Shown: in pieces, positions 28,571-37,580 of the stretch
How the letters are laid out: every line of letters starts with the position of its first letter
Position numbering within the stretch: position 1 is the first letter of the stretch
Virus record (IMG/VR): IMGVR_UViG_3300032236_001613
Span: 124,001 to 188,000 of that record
Length of the DNA: 64,000 nucleotides
Direction: 5' to 3' (one strand)
Notes under the pieces: generated by a model
The model's database searches: none
What the model saw: only the letters and a program-made list of their open reading frames with translations
Told to the model about the DNA's origin: nothing
Translations under genes and position numbers: made by a program

Positions 28571-29313
28571 AAAAACTGTTTGATCGATTATATTTTCAAA
28601 GCGGCGGAAGTTTAGGTGATTGTTTTGTATTATCAGGTATAATACATTATTATGCAGAAAAAACTAAAGAGCTGCACGTTCCGGCTTATCCTGTTTACTA
28701 TAAAACAATTCAAACTCTTTATCAAGACTACAAAAACATCATTGTGGTTTCAATTTCAAATGCAGAAGAAGAGGAAGAATATGTTAATTCTAAAAAATTA
28801 TCAAAAATTTTAGGTGGTCGTGTATACGGTGAATTAATAAGAGGACTGTATATTCACACTCTATGGGATCAGCAATTATATGCTAACCACGAATTACCGT
28901 TTAGTTTAAGATACAAAAACTTCAAACTCCCGAAATATATTAACGGCGAAGAAGAACTTTATCAGAAACTTAGCAATAATGAACCTTACGTGTTAGTACA
29001 TAGATATACTGGCGATCATCCTCAAGGAATCCCTATTAGTATAGAAAATTTTAGATCAGCTAATGGAATGACTCCTATAAAAATCATAGATATTGATCAT
29101 ACTATTACAGACAATATGATGCAATACGTAAAACTAATTAAAAATGCAGAAGAAATACACTGTGTTGCTAGCAGTTTCCATTGTTTAGTTGATAGTATCG
29201 ATACTCCTGCTCGGTTATTTTTTCACGACGTGAGAGAAAAAACTTCAATGCTAGTAAATTCGGAATGGAATAATAATAAATGGATAATAATAAATTACAG
29301 TCAAAAGTTTTAA
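28567..29313 (+). CDS. Hypothetical glycosyltransferase-like protein
   Basis: GSLGDCF start; AEEIHCVASSFHCL C-terminal motif of phage GT-B-like proteins. Confidence 0.5.
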   Translation: MKKLFDRLYFQSGGSLGDCFVLSGIIHYYAEKTKELHVPAYPVYYKTIQTLYQDYKNIIVVSISNAEEEEEYVNSKKLSKILGGRVYGELIRGLYIHTLWDQQLYANHELPFSLRYKNFKLPKYINGEEELYQKLSNNEPYVLVHRYTGDHPQGIPISIENFRSANGMTPIKIIDIDHTITDNMMQYVKLIKNAEEIHCVASSFHCLVDSIDTPARLFFHDVREKTSMLVNSEWNNNKWIIINYSQKF

Positions 29314-29331
29314 TAACTATAAAGGAAAATA

Positions 29332-29904
29332 ATGGAAGATAATCCATCTCACGACGATATTAATCATGCTATTCTTTCAAGAACATTGCATTTAGAATAC
29401 GACGAAAATACATATTTTAGTAAAGGCATATTTAAATATGTTCTAGAACATTTAGATGATCCGCATATATTGTTTAGAGTAGCACTTTATGGCTATTATA
29501 GAAAAGAATATAAATGGTCTAACGAACAAACAGAAGAATTTTTTCAATTACATAAACATAATTCGGTTAAATGGGATGACGGATTTCATGTTTACTACTA
29601 CGATTGGGGAAAAGGTAAAAACAGAATTACTAGAAATCCTATGCATTTTCCTAATTTAGATCACGTACAGCCTAAGAGTATAGATGTTAATAAAAACGGA
29701 CCTGAAAACTTTCGTATACGTTGCAAACGCTTAAATGAGAGCAAAAGCGATGCTAACAGTGATAACGAACGTAGAGCTAGTATTGTCGATCTTTTCAAAG
29801 ACATGAATGCCGAAGGACAACAAGTAATTTTATCTTATCTAAATACTATTAAAAAAGAAATTGATAAAACTTTCAATTGCTCTACATCAAATAAAATCAT
29901 ATAA
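29332..29904 (+). CDS. HNH-like nuclease domain protein
   Basis: LDHVQPKS...NFRIRCKRLNESK. Confidence 0.55.
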   Translation: MEDNPSHDDINHAILSRTLHLEYDENTYFSKGIFKYVLEHLDDPHILFRVALYGYYRKEYKWSNEQTEEFFQLHKHNSVKWDDGFHVYYYDWGKGKNRITRNPMHFPNLDHVQPKSIDVNKNGPENFRIRCKRLNESKSDANSDNERRASIVDLFKDMNAEGQQVILSYLNTIKKEIDKTFNCSTSNKII

Positions 29905-29905
29905 T
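29877..29905 (+). promoter_or_regulatory. Sigma70-type promoter
   Basis: TTGCTC-17 nt-TATAAT before the peroxiredoxin gene. Confidence 0.6.
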
Positions 29906-29929
29906 ACTCTAAATTAAAAGGAGAATAAT

Positions 29930-30460
29930 ATGAATTGGACAGTTCCAAATGTTACGTTTATGTTCCGCGAAGGCGACGAGCCTACTGAAGATGGAGGATG
30001 CCCGATTGGTGGTGAGTTTGTTGCTAAGAATACACAAGACTTGTTTTCCAACAAGCGAGTAGTATTGTTTAGCCTTCCAGGTGCGTTCACTCCCACTTGC
30101 TCTTCAAAACAGCTCCCCGGGTTTGAGGAAGGATATAACGAGTTTAAGAATTTGGGTGTAGATGAAATCTATTGCATTAGTGTTAACGATGCCTTTGTTA
30201 TGAACGAATGGGCGCGACACCTTGGTATTAAGAACGTTAAGGTTATTCCAGATGGTACCGGACAGTTTACTCGTTTAATGGGTCGACTTGTTGATAAGAG
30301 TGCAATTGGGTTTGGTTATCGCAGTCATCGCTATGCTGCTATTGTTAACAATGGTGTAATCGAAAAGATTTTTGATGAACCCGGACGTGAGGACAATTTT
30401 GGCAGCGATCCGTACGGCGAAACTAGCCCAGAAAATGTTCTTGCTTATCTTAAGGGCTAA
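29930..30460 (+). CDS. Peroxiredoxin (Prx5/redoxin type)
   Basis: PGAFTPTCS, SVNDAFVM, RSHRYA. Confidence 0.93.
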   Translation: MNWTVPNVTFMFREGDEPTEDGGCPIGGEFVAKNTQDLFSNKRVVLFSLPGAFTPTCSSKQLPGFEEGYNEFKNLGVDEIYCISVNDAFVMNEWARHLGIKNVKVIPDGTGQFTRLMGRLVDKSAIGFGYRSHRYAAIVNNGVIEKIFDEPGREDNFGSDPYGETSPENVLAYLKG

Positions 30461-30463
30461 GTA

Positions 30464-30667
30464 ATGCGCGATCCGAAACTAGGGTATCATTGGCTTTGGC
30501 TCTATCCATTAGCTGTTTTGTTACTTATAGTTTCGGTATTAGCATTTCCCTTCATTAAATTTATTGACGCTTATCAAAAGTATCAGCATAATAAGCATAT
30601 GCAACGGATTTATAAAAAGAATCCAGATATTAAAGATTTATCTATTTTGGCAGGTACAAAGAAGTAG
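30464..30667 (+). CDS. Small membrane protein
   Basis: Single hydrophobic helix, 67 aa. Confidence 0.5.
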   Translation: MRDPKLGYHWLWLYPLAVLLLIVSVLAFPFIKFIDAYQKYQHNKHMQRIYKKNPDIKDLSILAGTKK

Positions 30668-30696
30668 TTGACAATTAGGTAAAAGTTAATTATAAT
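30668..30696 (+). promoter_or_regulatory. Perfect sigma70 consensus promoter
   Basis: TTGACA-17 nt-TATAAT. Confidence 0.88.
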
Positions 30697-30710
30697 ATCT
30701 GCATAGTTTG

Positions 30711-30826
30711 AAATTAAGGATAGGTACAGCAATTCATAATCAATATGGAACGCTAATACATTGTATTAGATAGAGTGGTTTCGACAGTTCCGCTCGATAA
30801 ACATAAAAAGTAGATAACTATCCTGT
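30711..30826 (+). ncRNA. Candidate Y-like/TROVE-associated structured RNA, copy 1
   Basis: AGGATAG (30717-23) pairs with CTATCCT (30818-24); GTACAGCAA follows the 5' arm; internal hairpins include a TTCGAC-containing loop. Confidence 0.5.
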
Positions 30827-30830
30827 TTTT

Positions 30831-30904
30831 AAATTAGGTTAAGTTCCGCAACTAAAAATCGCTCAATGGCTGTCTACTAGGACGTTAAACTAGTTTTAAC
30901 CTGT
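30831..30904 (+). ncRNA. Candidate Y-like/TROVE-associated structured RNA, copy 2
   Basis: AGGTTAA (30836-42) pairs with TTAACCT (30896-902); GTTCCGCAA follows the 5' arm; same flanks as copy 1. Confidence 0.5.
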
Positions 30905-30914
30905 AAGGAGAATA

Positions 30915-32318
30915 ATGATGAATATGTTTGCAGAAGCAGTTAAAGAAGTACAAATCGAAACTCGTACCATTAACGGTATGAAAACTTTCGATTCCAGCAA
31001 GAGTCGTCTCGTTGACTTGTTCTTTGCAATCGGTGCAAGCCGTGGAAAAGACTTAAGCGCCGAATTCCACCGTGCTCTTGCTGAAGATAAAACGCTAGCA
31101 CTTCGCTTGCTCATGTGGGCTCGCGATGTTCGCGGTGGGGCAGGCGAGCGAGATGTTGTTCGCACTATCTTGCTTAGTCTGGAAAAGAAAGATCCAGATG
31201 TGTTGAAGCGTGTGCTTCCGCACCTAGCTGAGTTCGGCCGCTGGGATGACTTGTTGATTTTCGAGCATGATCCGGAAATCAAGAGCATGGCGTTTGATCT
31301 CATCCACGCAGCTCTTAAGGCCGGCAACGGTCTTTGTGCTAAGTGGATGCCTCGTAAGGGCGAGAAGGCGGCAGAGTTGCGTAATGCACTTGGTATGAGT
31401 CCTAAGACTTATCGCAAAACTCTAGTCAATTTGACTAAGGTTGTTGAGCAGAATATGTGTGCTAACGACTGGACTAACATTAACTACAACCACGTTCCTA
31501 GCGTGGCTGCTAGTCGTTACCAGAAAGCGTTTAAGAAGCACGACCCAGAGGGTTATGAAGCGTATGCTTCTAAACTCGAAAAGGGTGAAGCTAAGATTAA
31601 TGCTGGTGCGGTTTATCCGTATGACATTATCAAGGCACACAATGCAGGCGGTAATGTAAAGGTTGTTACTGCGCAATGGGAAGCATTGCCTAACTACATC
31701 GGTGATGAGTTAATCCTTCCGATGGTGGACGTTTCAGGCTCTATGTCTGTGCCAATTGGTAGCAACAAGAACCTGCAATGTATCGACGTTGCAGTTAGCT
31801 TAGGTTTATATCTTGCTGATAAGAATACCGGTCCGTTTAAGGATATGTTCTTAACTTTCTCGAGTGATCCGGAGCTACAAATTCTTAAGGGCGACCTCAT
31901 TAAGAAAATTGCACAGCTACAAAAAGCTGATTGGGCTATGAGCACCGATCTTAATAAAGCATTTGAGTTAATTCTCAATTACGCTGTTAAGGGCAAAGTT
32001 GCAACTAAGGACATGCCTCAGTATGTGCTCATCTTGTCAGATATGGAGTTTAATCAGTGCACACGACACAATGACAGTGCTATGCAAATGATCGTACGTA
32101 AGTACGAAGCTGCCGGCTACGAGGTTCCGAATATTATTTTCTGGAATCTAGCAGCACGTAGCGGAAACGTTCCAGTTAAGTATGACAAGAAAGGTACTGC
32201 ATTAATTTCCGGATTCAGCCCGGCAATCATGACTTCGGTTCTAGCAGCTAAGAGTATTACTCCGATAGATGTGATGCTTGAGACTCTAAACAAGCCACGT
32301 TACGCTGTTATCAGCTAA
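30915..32318 (+). CDS. TROVE-like/vWA domain protein (DUF2828 / Ro60-like)
   Basis: WARDVRGGAGER, GRWDDLL, AKWMPR, VPSVA; C-terminal vWA with the MIDAS motif DVSGSM and SDMEF. Confidence 0.85.
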   Translation: MMNMFAEAVKEVQIETRTINGMKTFDSSKSRLVDLFFAIGASRGKDLSAEFHRALAEDKTLALRLLMWARDVRGGAGERDVVRTILLSLEKKDPDVLKRVLPHLAEFGRWDDLLIFEHDPEIKSMAFDLIHAALKAGNGLCAKWMPRKGEKAAELRNALGMSPKTYRKTLVNLTKVVEQNMCANDWTNINYNHVPSVAASRYQKAFKKHDPEGYEAYASKLEKGEAKINAGAVYPYDIIKAHNAGGNVKVVTAQWEALPNYIGDELILPMVDVSGSMSVPIGSNKNLQCIDVAVSLGLYLADKNTGPFKDMFLTFSSDPELQILKGDLIKKIAQLQKADWAMSTDLNKAFELILNYAVKGKVATKDMPQYVLILSDMEFNQCTRHNDSAMQMIVRKYEAAGYEVPNIIFWNLAARSGNVPVKYDKKGTALISGFSPAIMTSVLAAKSITPIDVMLETLNKPRYAVIS

Positions 32319-32323
32319 CATAG

Positions 32324-32347
32324 AAAAGGCCCGTAAGGGCCTTTTTT
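32324..32347. terminator. Bidirectional intrinsic terminator
   Basis: AAAAGGCCC-GTAA-GGGCCTTTTTT between convergent genes. Confidence 0.88.
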
Positions 32348-32353
32348 ATTGTA

Positions 32354-33238
32354 TTAAAATCCTTTTGTATACCAATCTTCAGTTGTTTTATAGATAGTTT
32401 GAAAATGTTGTGCGCTTTCAAACTCTTCTTGACTTCTTACATAAAATCCAAGATCTTCTCGAAAGGGAGTTCCGGCAAAATCAGGCCAACTAGGTTCTCT
32501 AACTAAATGCATGATATACGGAAATCCTCTGACTGAGTCCTCTCCTAATTCATAATCTATAACAGTTTTGTATAATTTTTCAATATGAGGTCCATCTGAA
32601 TGCCTCCATAGATGCGGCGGAACATACAATCTATTAAAAAGTTCGTCAGTATTAACTAACATATTTTTCAGAATAGAGAAAAAGGATTCTGCATTTTGCT
32701 CTGATAAAACTGCATGCCTATCACAATATCCCGTATGATGTTGCCCGTCTGGAAGCCAAATATATTCCGGTTCCAATATATCCATAGGAGGATGAGGAGA
32801 TAAGAAATTAAAATCAGTGCGTGTTAAAACTATTCTGTCATATTGACTAAAAATATTTTCCTTCCTAATATTGTACCATAGATACCATTTAAGAAATGTT
32901 TGTATTGCTCCAAATCCTCCATCCCAATTATTTAAAGGATGAAATGCATTTCCTGGCAACATCGCAAATTTTTTCCAGTAATTTGGGTCAGCATCTGGAA
33001 AATCCTTTTGCCGAGCATACTCTATAGCATCAAACCAATTCTGAAACTTAGGAGAAAACCAAATATACTTTGAATTTTTCCAAAATGGATCTGTAAAATC
33101 CAAGTTGGATCGAGGTTCCATACATATTGCTAAATCAGCATTTAAACTATCTAATACATTCTTTTTAAAATTATTCCATGTTACTTCGTGCTCGCGTCCT
33201 CTTACATTCACTACACATACTAATGTTTTTCTATTCAT
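32354..33238 (-). CDS. Hypothetical glycosyltransferase-like protein
   Basis: YDRIVLTRTDF and GYCDRHAV motifs resemble those of ORF 1053. Confidence 0.5.
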   Translation of the reverse strand: MNRKTLVCVVNVRGREHEVTWNNFKKNVLDSLNADLAICMEPRSNLDFTDPFWKNSKYIWFSPKFQNWFDAIEYARQKDFPDADPNYWKKFAMLPGNAFHPLNNWDGGFGAIQTFLKWYLWYNIRKENIFSQYDRIVLTRTDFNFLSPHPPMDILEPEYIWLPDGQHHTGYCDRHAVLSEQNAESFFSILKNMLVNTDELFNRLYVPPHLWRHSDGPHIEKLYKTVIDYELGEDSVRGFPYIMHLVREPSWPDFAGTPFREDLGFYVRSQEEFESAQHFQTIYKTTEDWYTKGF

Positions 33239-33344
33239 AAAGATACCTTTAAAAAAATTATTTATCGTTCAAACAATATCAAAATTATTAAATTGGTATA
33301 TAATAAAAAATAAATAATTTTCTAGTATAAGGAAAAAAATTTTT

Positions 33345-33929
33345 ATGACCAAATATAACATTGACGATGTTATTGATAACGCACTTTTAGGATGGGGTGA
33401 TACTGCACAACACGGTATAACATTATTAGCATTAGTATGCTCAGTTAATGCTAAAAAAATTTTAGAGCTCGGAGTCCGAGGCGGAGGAACAACATATCCG
33501 TTGTTAAAAGCTGCTAGCATTACTAATTCTGTACTAACGTCAGTAGATATCGCCGATGCTGGATACCGTCCTCCGTCGGATCTTTTTCCTTATTGGAATT
33601 TTGTTGTACAAGATGCAATAGAATTTTTAACAAATACAACCGAATCATATGATATTATTTTCGTTGATGATCTACACACAACAGATCACTTATATAATGA
33701 ATTGAAACTTATAGATAAAATTTCTACAAAAAAAACATTAATCTTATTACATGATTTAATGTGGGGGGGTTCACACCCTGAATATAATACTGCAGTCATG
33801 ACTCATGGTGAGTTTGAAGGTACCGGTCCTCACGGAGGATTAATGAAATTTTTATCAGAATATCCAGACTACGAATATGCAACAATCCCTATCAATCACG
33901 GACTAACTTTATTAAGGAAAACTAAATGA
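33345..33929 (+). CDS. Class I SAM-dependent methyltransferase
   Basis: ILELGVRGG, YDIIFVDDLH, LILLHD. Confidence 0.85.
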   Translation: MTKYNIDDVIDNALLGWGDTAQHGITLLALVCSVNAKKILELGVRGGGTTYPLLKAASITNSVLTSVDIADAGYRPPSDLFPYWNFVVQDAIEFLTNTTESYDIIFVDDLHTTDHLYNELKLIDKISTKKTLILLHDLMWGGSHPEYNTAVMTHGEFEGTGPHGGLMKFLSEYPDYEYATIPINHGLTLLRKTK

Positions 33930-34744
33930 AATATTTAATTTTAGGTTCTGCTGGGCAAGTTGGAGCAGAATTAACAAAATTTTTAAAAAATAAAGGTCAT
34001 GAAGTAACTACTTTTGATATTGTAGATTCCAGTCATGAAGATTTAAGAATACCCGGTTCCGTAGATGATTATATAAAAAAATCAGATTTTGTTTATTTTT
34101 TAGCATTTGATGTAGGTGGTTCTAGATATCTACAAAAATATCAAAATACATACGAGTTTGTTGATAATAATATGAGAATATTAACTAATACGTTTGAATG
34201 CCTACAAAAATATAAAACTCCTTTTATATTTGCATCCAGTCAGATGTCTAATATGAACTATTCATCATATGGGGTTTTAAAATCGATAGGCGAAAAATAT
34301 ACTAAAATTTTAAACGGAATAGTTGTTAAATTCTGGAACGTCTATGGCGTTGAGCATGATTTAAATAAATCACACGTTATTACCGATTTCATCCTTTCTG
34401 CAAAAGATAAAAATTGCATTAATATGTTAACCGATGGTCAAGAAGAAAGACAAATGCTACATGCCGAAGATTGTTCAGAATGTTTAGAAATTTTATCTCA
34501 AAATTATAATACTATTTCAAGAGATAAAGAGTTACACATTACTTCATTTGAATGGTCTAAAATTATCGATATTGCAAATATTGTTGCTGAGATCTTTCCA
34601 GGAACTAAAGTTAATCCGGCTAACACTCAAGATAACGTTCAACTGAATAAAAAGAACGAACCAGATACTTATATATTAAATTACTGGCAACCTAAAATTA
34701 AAATCAAAGATGGTATTAAAAAAATTACAGAGGTATATAATTAA
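33926..34744 (+). CDS. NAD-dependent epimerase/dehydratase
   Basis: GSAGQVG, YGVLK (YxxxK), WNVYG. Confidence 0.85.
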   Translation: MKYLILGSAGQVGAELTKFLKNKGHEVTTFDIVDSSHEDLRIPGSVDDYIKKSDFVYFLAFDVGGSRYLQKYQNTYEFVDNNMRILTNTFECLQKYKTPFIFASSQMSNMNYSSYGVLKSIGEKYTKILNGIVVKFWNVYGVEHDLNKSHVITDFILSAKDKNCINMLTDGQEERQMLHAEDCSECLEILSQNYNTISRDKELHITSFEWSKIIDIANIVAEIFPGTKVNPANTQDNVQLNKKNEPDTYILNYWQPKIKIKDGIKKITEVYN

Positions 34745-35712
34745 TGAATAAGTCAGCAGTAGTGCTAGGGGCAGGTGGATTTATTGGAAACCATTTAGTT
34801 AATAGATTAAAAAAAGAAGGATACTGGGTTAGAGGAGTAGACTTAAAATATAACGAATACCAACAAACCTCTGCTGATGAATTTATAATTGGCGATCTTA
34901 AAGATAACTCTATTGTTGAAAAGGTTATGTATAAGGAAACTCCATTTGATGAAGTATATCAACTAGCTGCAGATATGGGCGGTGCTGGCTATATTTTTAG
35001 TGGCGATAATGACGCTAATGTTATGTATAACTCAGCTCTTATAAATTTAAATGTAGTACATCATTCAACAAGATACAATGTAGGCAAAGTTTTTTATAGC
35101 AGCAGTGCATGTATGTACCCTGAACATAATCAGATCGATCCAAACAATCCAAATTGCGAGGAAAGTAGTGCTTACCCAGCAAACCCAGACAGCGAATACG
35201 GATGGGAAAAACTTTTTAGTGAGAGATTATACTTAGCATATCATAGAAACTATAAACTAAATGTAAGAATAGCAAGATTTCATAACATTTTTGGACCATA
35301 CGGTGCTTGGAATAATGGAAAAGAAAAATCGCCAGCAGCAATTTGCCGAAAGATATCTGAGGCAAAAGACGGCGGTGAAATTGAAGTATGGGGCGACGGC
35401 GAACAAACAAGAAGCTTCCTCTATATCGACGAATGCTTAGACGGTGTTCGTAAATTAATGGATAATGATTTTCTCGGTCCAGTTAACATTGGATCAGACG
35501 AAATGGTAACTATTAACAAATTAGTTAGTATTGTGTCCAACATTGCAAATAAAGAAGTAAAAATAAAACATGTGCCGGGTCCGTTAGGCGTTCGCGGAAG
35601 AAATTCCGATAATAAACTAATTAAGGAAAAATTAGGCTGGGCGCCAACACGCCCTCTAAAGGAAGGTCTTATCGAAACTTATAACTGGATCAATCAGCAA
35701 GTTAACACATAG
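34744..35712 (+). CDS. NAD-dependent epimerase, GDP-mannose 3,5-epimerase-like
   Basis: GAGGFIG, LAADMGGAGYI, SSSACMYP, YGWEK, GVRGRNSDN. Confidence 0.88.
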   Translation: MNKSAVVLGAGGFIGNHLVNRLKKEGYWVRGVDLKYNEYQQTSADEFIIGDLKDNSIVEKVMYKETPFDEVYQLAADMGGAGYIFSGDNDANVMYNSALINLNVVHHSTRYNVGKVFYSSSACMYPEHNQIDPNNPNCEESSAYPANPDSEYGWEKLFSERLYLAYHRNYKLNVRIARFHNIFGPYGAWNNGKEKSPAAICRKISEAKDGGEIEVWGDGEQTRSFLYIDECLDGVRKLMDNDFLGPVNIGSDEMVTINKLVSIVSNIANKEVKIKHVPGPLGVRGRNSDNKLIKEKLGWAPTRPLKEGLIETYNWINQQVNT

Positions 35713-35717
35713 ATAAT

Positions 35718-36137
35718 TTACTTAAACCATCCTATCTTTTCGCCAGCGGCTTTACGTCGCTGGTATTCTTCTAAGCTTCCGGGATAACGTGTAGCCCAAA
35801 TCATCCAAAAGGCCATAAATGCACTTACACCTAGTGTTAATTTCCAATTATGAGTAGTTAACCAAATAGTTACAACACTAGCATCCATGCATAAGAACAT
35901 AACCCATTTAATCTTAGTGGGGTAAACTCTGTTATTACTCCAATTTTTAATAAAAGGTCCAAATAACCTATGGTTAAGCATATAGTTATGGAACTTTTCC
36001 GAACTCTTACTAAAGCACCATGCTGCTAAAATACTAGGAGTGCTCCATGGCAATCCAGGAACAAATGTTCCTAAGTAAGCAACACCTAAAAATAGTATAC
36101 CTAAGGTAAACCAAAGAGCTTTTTTAATTTTATTCAT
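35718..36137 (-). CDS. YbaN/DUF454-family inner-membrane protein
   Basis: GVAYLGTFVPGLPWSTPSILAAWCFSKSS..FHNYMLNHRLFGPFIKNW. Confidence 0.8.
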   Translation of the reverse strand: MNKIKKALWFTLGILFLGVAYLGTFVPGLPWSTPSILAAWCFSKSSEKFHNYMLNHRLFGPFIKNWSNNRVYPTKIKWVMFLCMDASVVTIWLTTHNWKLTLGVSAFMAFWMIWATRYPGSLEEYQRRKAAGEKIGWFK

Positions 36138-36165
36138 TTTTTTTCTCGTTTGAAATATTTATTTG

Positions 36166-36195
36166 TTGACTTTACCCCACGTTATATTTTATAGT
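36166..36195 (+). promoter_or_regulatory. Sigma70-type promoter facing the ORF-free structured region
   Basis: TTGACT-18 nt-TATAGT. Confidence 0.6.
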
Positions 36196-36199
36196 ATAT

Positions 36200-36720
36200 C
36201 AACTAAGGCACACTCACTGGCATAAACATAGGCACATCAATCAACGCTTAAGCTCGCACCGGCTAATTTCGGGTGCCTATGATAACCGGACAACAAAGTC
36301 GCGGGGACAGAAATCCTGTGTGTTGACAGGAACTCAGCCACTACCCCTTCAGGGATGATGATGGAATATGCCTATATAATCCGTTTGGCTAAGATAAAAA
36401 TACTAAGGCTCTTTTGATCGCGGCTCTGTGAAAAAGATACAACCGCAAATACTACATATCTGCTAACATCGGTGTGTAGCGTTCCCGTTAGATTGAAGTT
36501 AGGAATAAGAAGTACAGGCTAACCGCTTCTGCGCAGCAATGCAATTTCCGAATGTTAGTGACCAACGAACTCAGGTAATAATCGTTAGAAAATCTTCGCC
36601 CTGTTTTGGGCGAAGTATGACATTAAAATCTAGGTAATCAATTCACTCTTAATAATTTTTCTCTTTCTTATAAAAGGTGATGAGCGCGAGCGAAATCACG
36701 GGCGAATCCTTTCGCCCCTT
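36200..36720 (+). ncRNA. Candidate large structured ncRNA (family unassigned)
   Basis: About 520 nt with no ORF, more GC-rich than its flanks, many hairpins (e.g. CATAGGCAC/GTGCCTATG, TCCTGT/ACAGGA, CTTCGCCC/GGGCGAAG). Confidence 0.5.
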
Positions 36721-36726
36721 AAATAA

Positions 36727-36755
36727 TTGACACTAATGGTAATTCCAATTATAAT
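36727..36755 (+). promoter_or_regulatory. Perfect sigma70 consensus promoter, likely leaderless transcript
   Basis: TTGACA-17 nt-TATAAT; ATG 6 nt downstream, no SD. Confidence 0.85.
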
Positions 36756-36761
36756 TACGTT

Positions 36762-37580
36762 ATGAAAATCAACATTGTCAGCGATCTACATTTAGATGTT
36801 AGCGGGTATCAAGAATTACCTGGCGGAGAAGTATTAATACTCAGCGGAGATATCGCCGAAGTACGTAATATTCACAAACACTTTCACAGCACTAAGCTTT
36901 TATCTGATGTACCTAATCATACATACGCATGTTCGGAATTCTTCCATTACGAATGTGCTAAGTACGATCGTGTGTTCTATGTAATGGGCAATCATGAGCA
37001 CTACAGAAGTACCTATCAGAATACTCGTAGAGATCTTGAGTATATGATGCCTAAAAATCTAACCATTTTAGAAAATGATGTAGTAGATTATAATGGCGTT
37101 ATGTTTATGGGTGCTACGTTATGGACTGATTTAAATCGTGGAGATCCGTTAACAGAATATCATGTTAAACAATGTATGAACGATTATCATAAGATTACTC
37201 AAAAAGGTGATGTGTACGATATGTATCATAAACTTAAACCTTCTTTTACTATGTCAGAGCATAGGCGTAGTTTAGAGTATTTTAAGATTGTGCTCGAACA
37301 GAACAAGGATCGTAAGTTTGTTATTGTAACGCATCATGCACCTAGCTTTGAAAGTGTTGACGATTATTACAAAAATGATACTCTAATGAATGGCGGATAT
37401 ATGAGTCGTTTAGAAGAGTTTATCTTAGATCGCCCTAACATCTCTATGTGGGTGCACGGGCATATGCATAACAAATCCGATTATCTAATTGGGGATACTC
37501 GTGTAGTATGCAATCCTAGAGGCTATTTGCCATACGAAAACGAAAATGGATTCGATCCAGGATTTACGGTAGAGTTATAA
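36762..37580 (+). CDS. Metallophosphoesterase
   Basis: VSDLHLD, LSGDI, MGNHEHY, VTHHAP, WVHGHMH. Confidence 0.88.
   Translation: MKINIVSDLHLDVSGYQELPGGEVLILSGDIAEVRNIHKHFHSTKLLSDVPNHTYACSEFFHYECAKYDRVFYVMGNHEHYRSTYQNTRRDLEYMMPKNLTILENDVVDYNGVMFMGATLWTDLNRGDPLTEYHVKQCMNDYHKITQKGDVYDMYHKLKPSFTMSEHRRSLEYFKIVLEQNKDRKFVIVTHHAPSFESVDDYYKNDTLMNGGYMSRLEEFILDRPNISMWVHGHMHNKSDYLIGDTRVVCNPRGYLPYENENGFDPGFTVEL

Noticed and set aside
30745-30800. tRNA gene in the TROVE leader
   Set aside because: It has a TTCGAC loop but no full cloverleaf, acceptor stem or CCA.
30896-31978. Long antisense or alternative ORFs over the TROVE gene
   Set aside because: Expected from the higher GC and codon bias of this gene; no motifs.
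36200-36720. RNase P RNA or group I intron identity for the structured region
   Set aside because: Only weak partial resemblance (ACAGAAA, AAAGTC). The GAGGAAAGUCC and CGGCUUA cores and the P7 elements are not found, so it is left unassigned.
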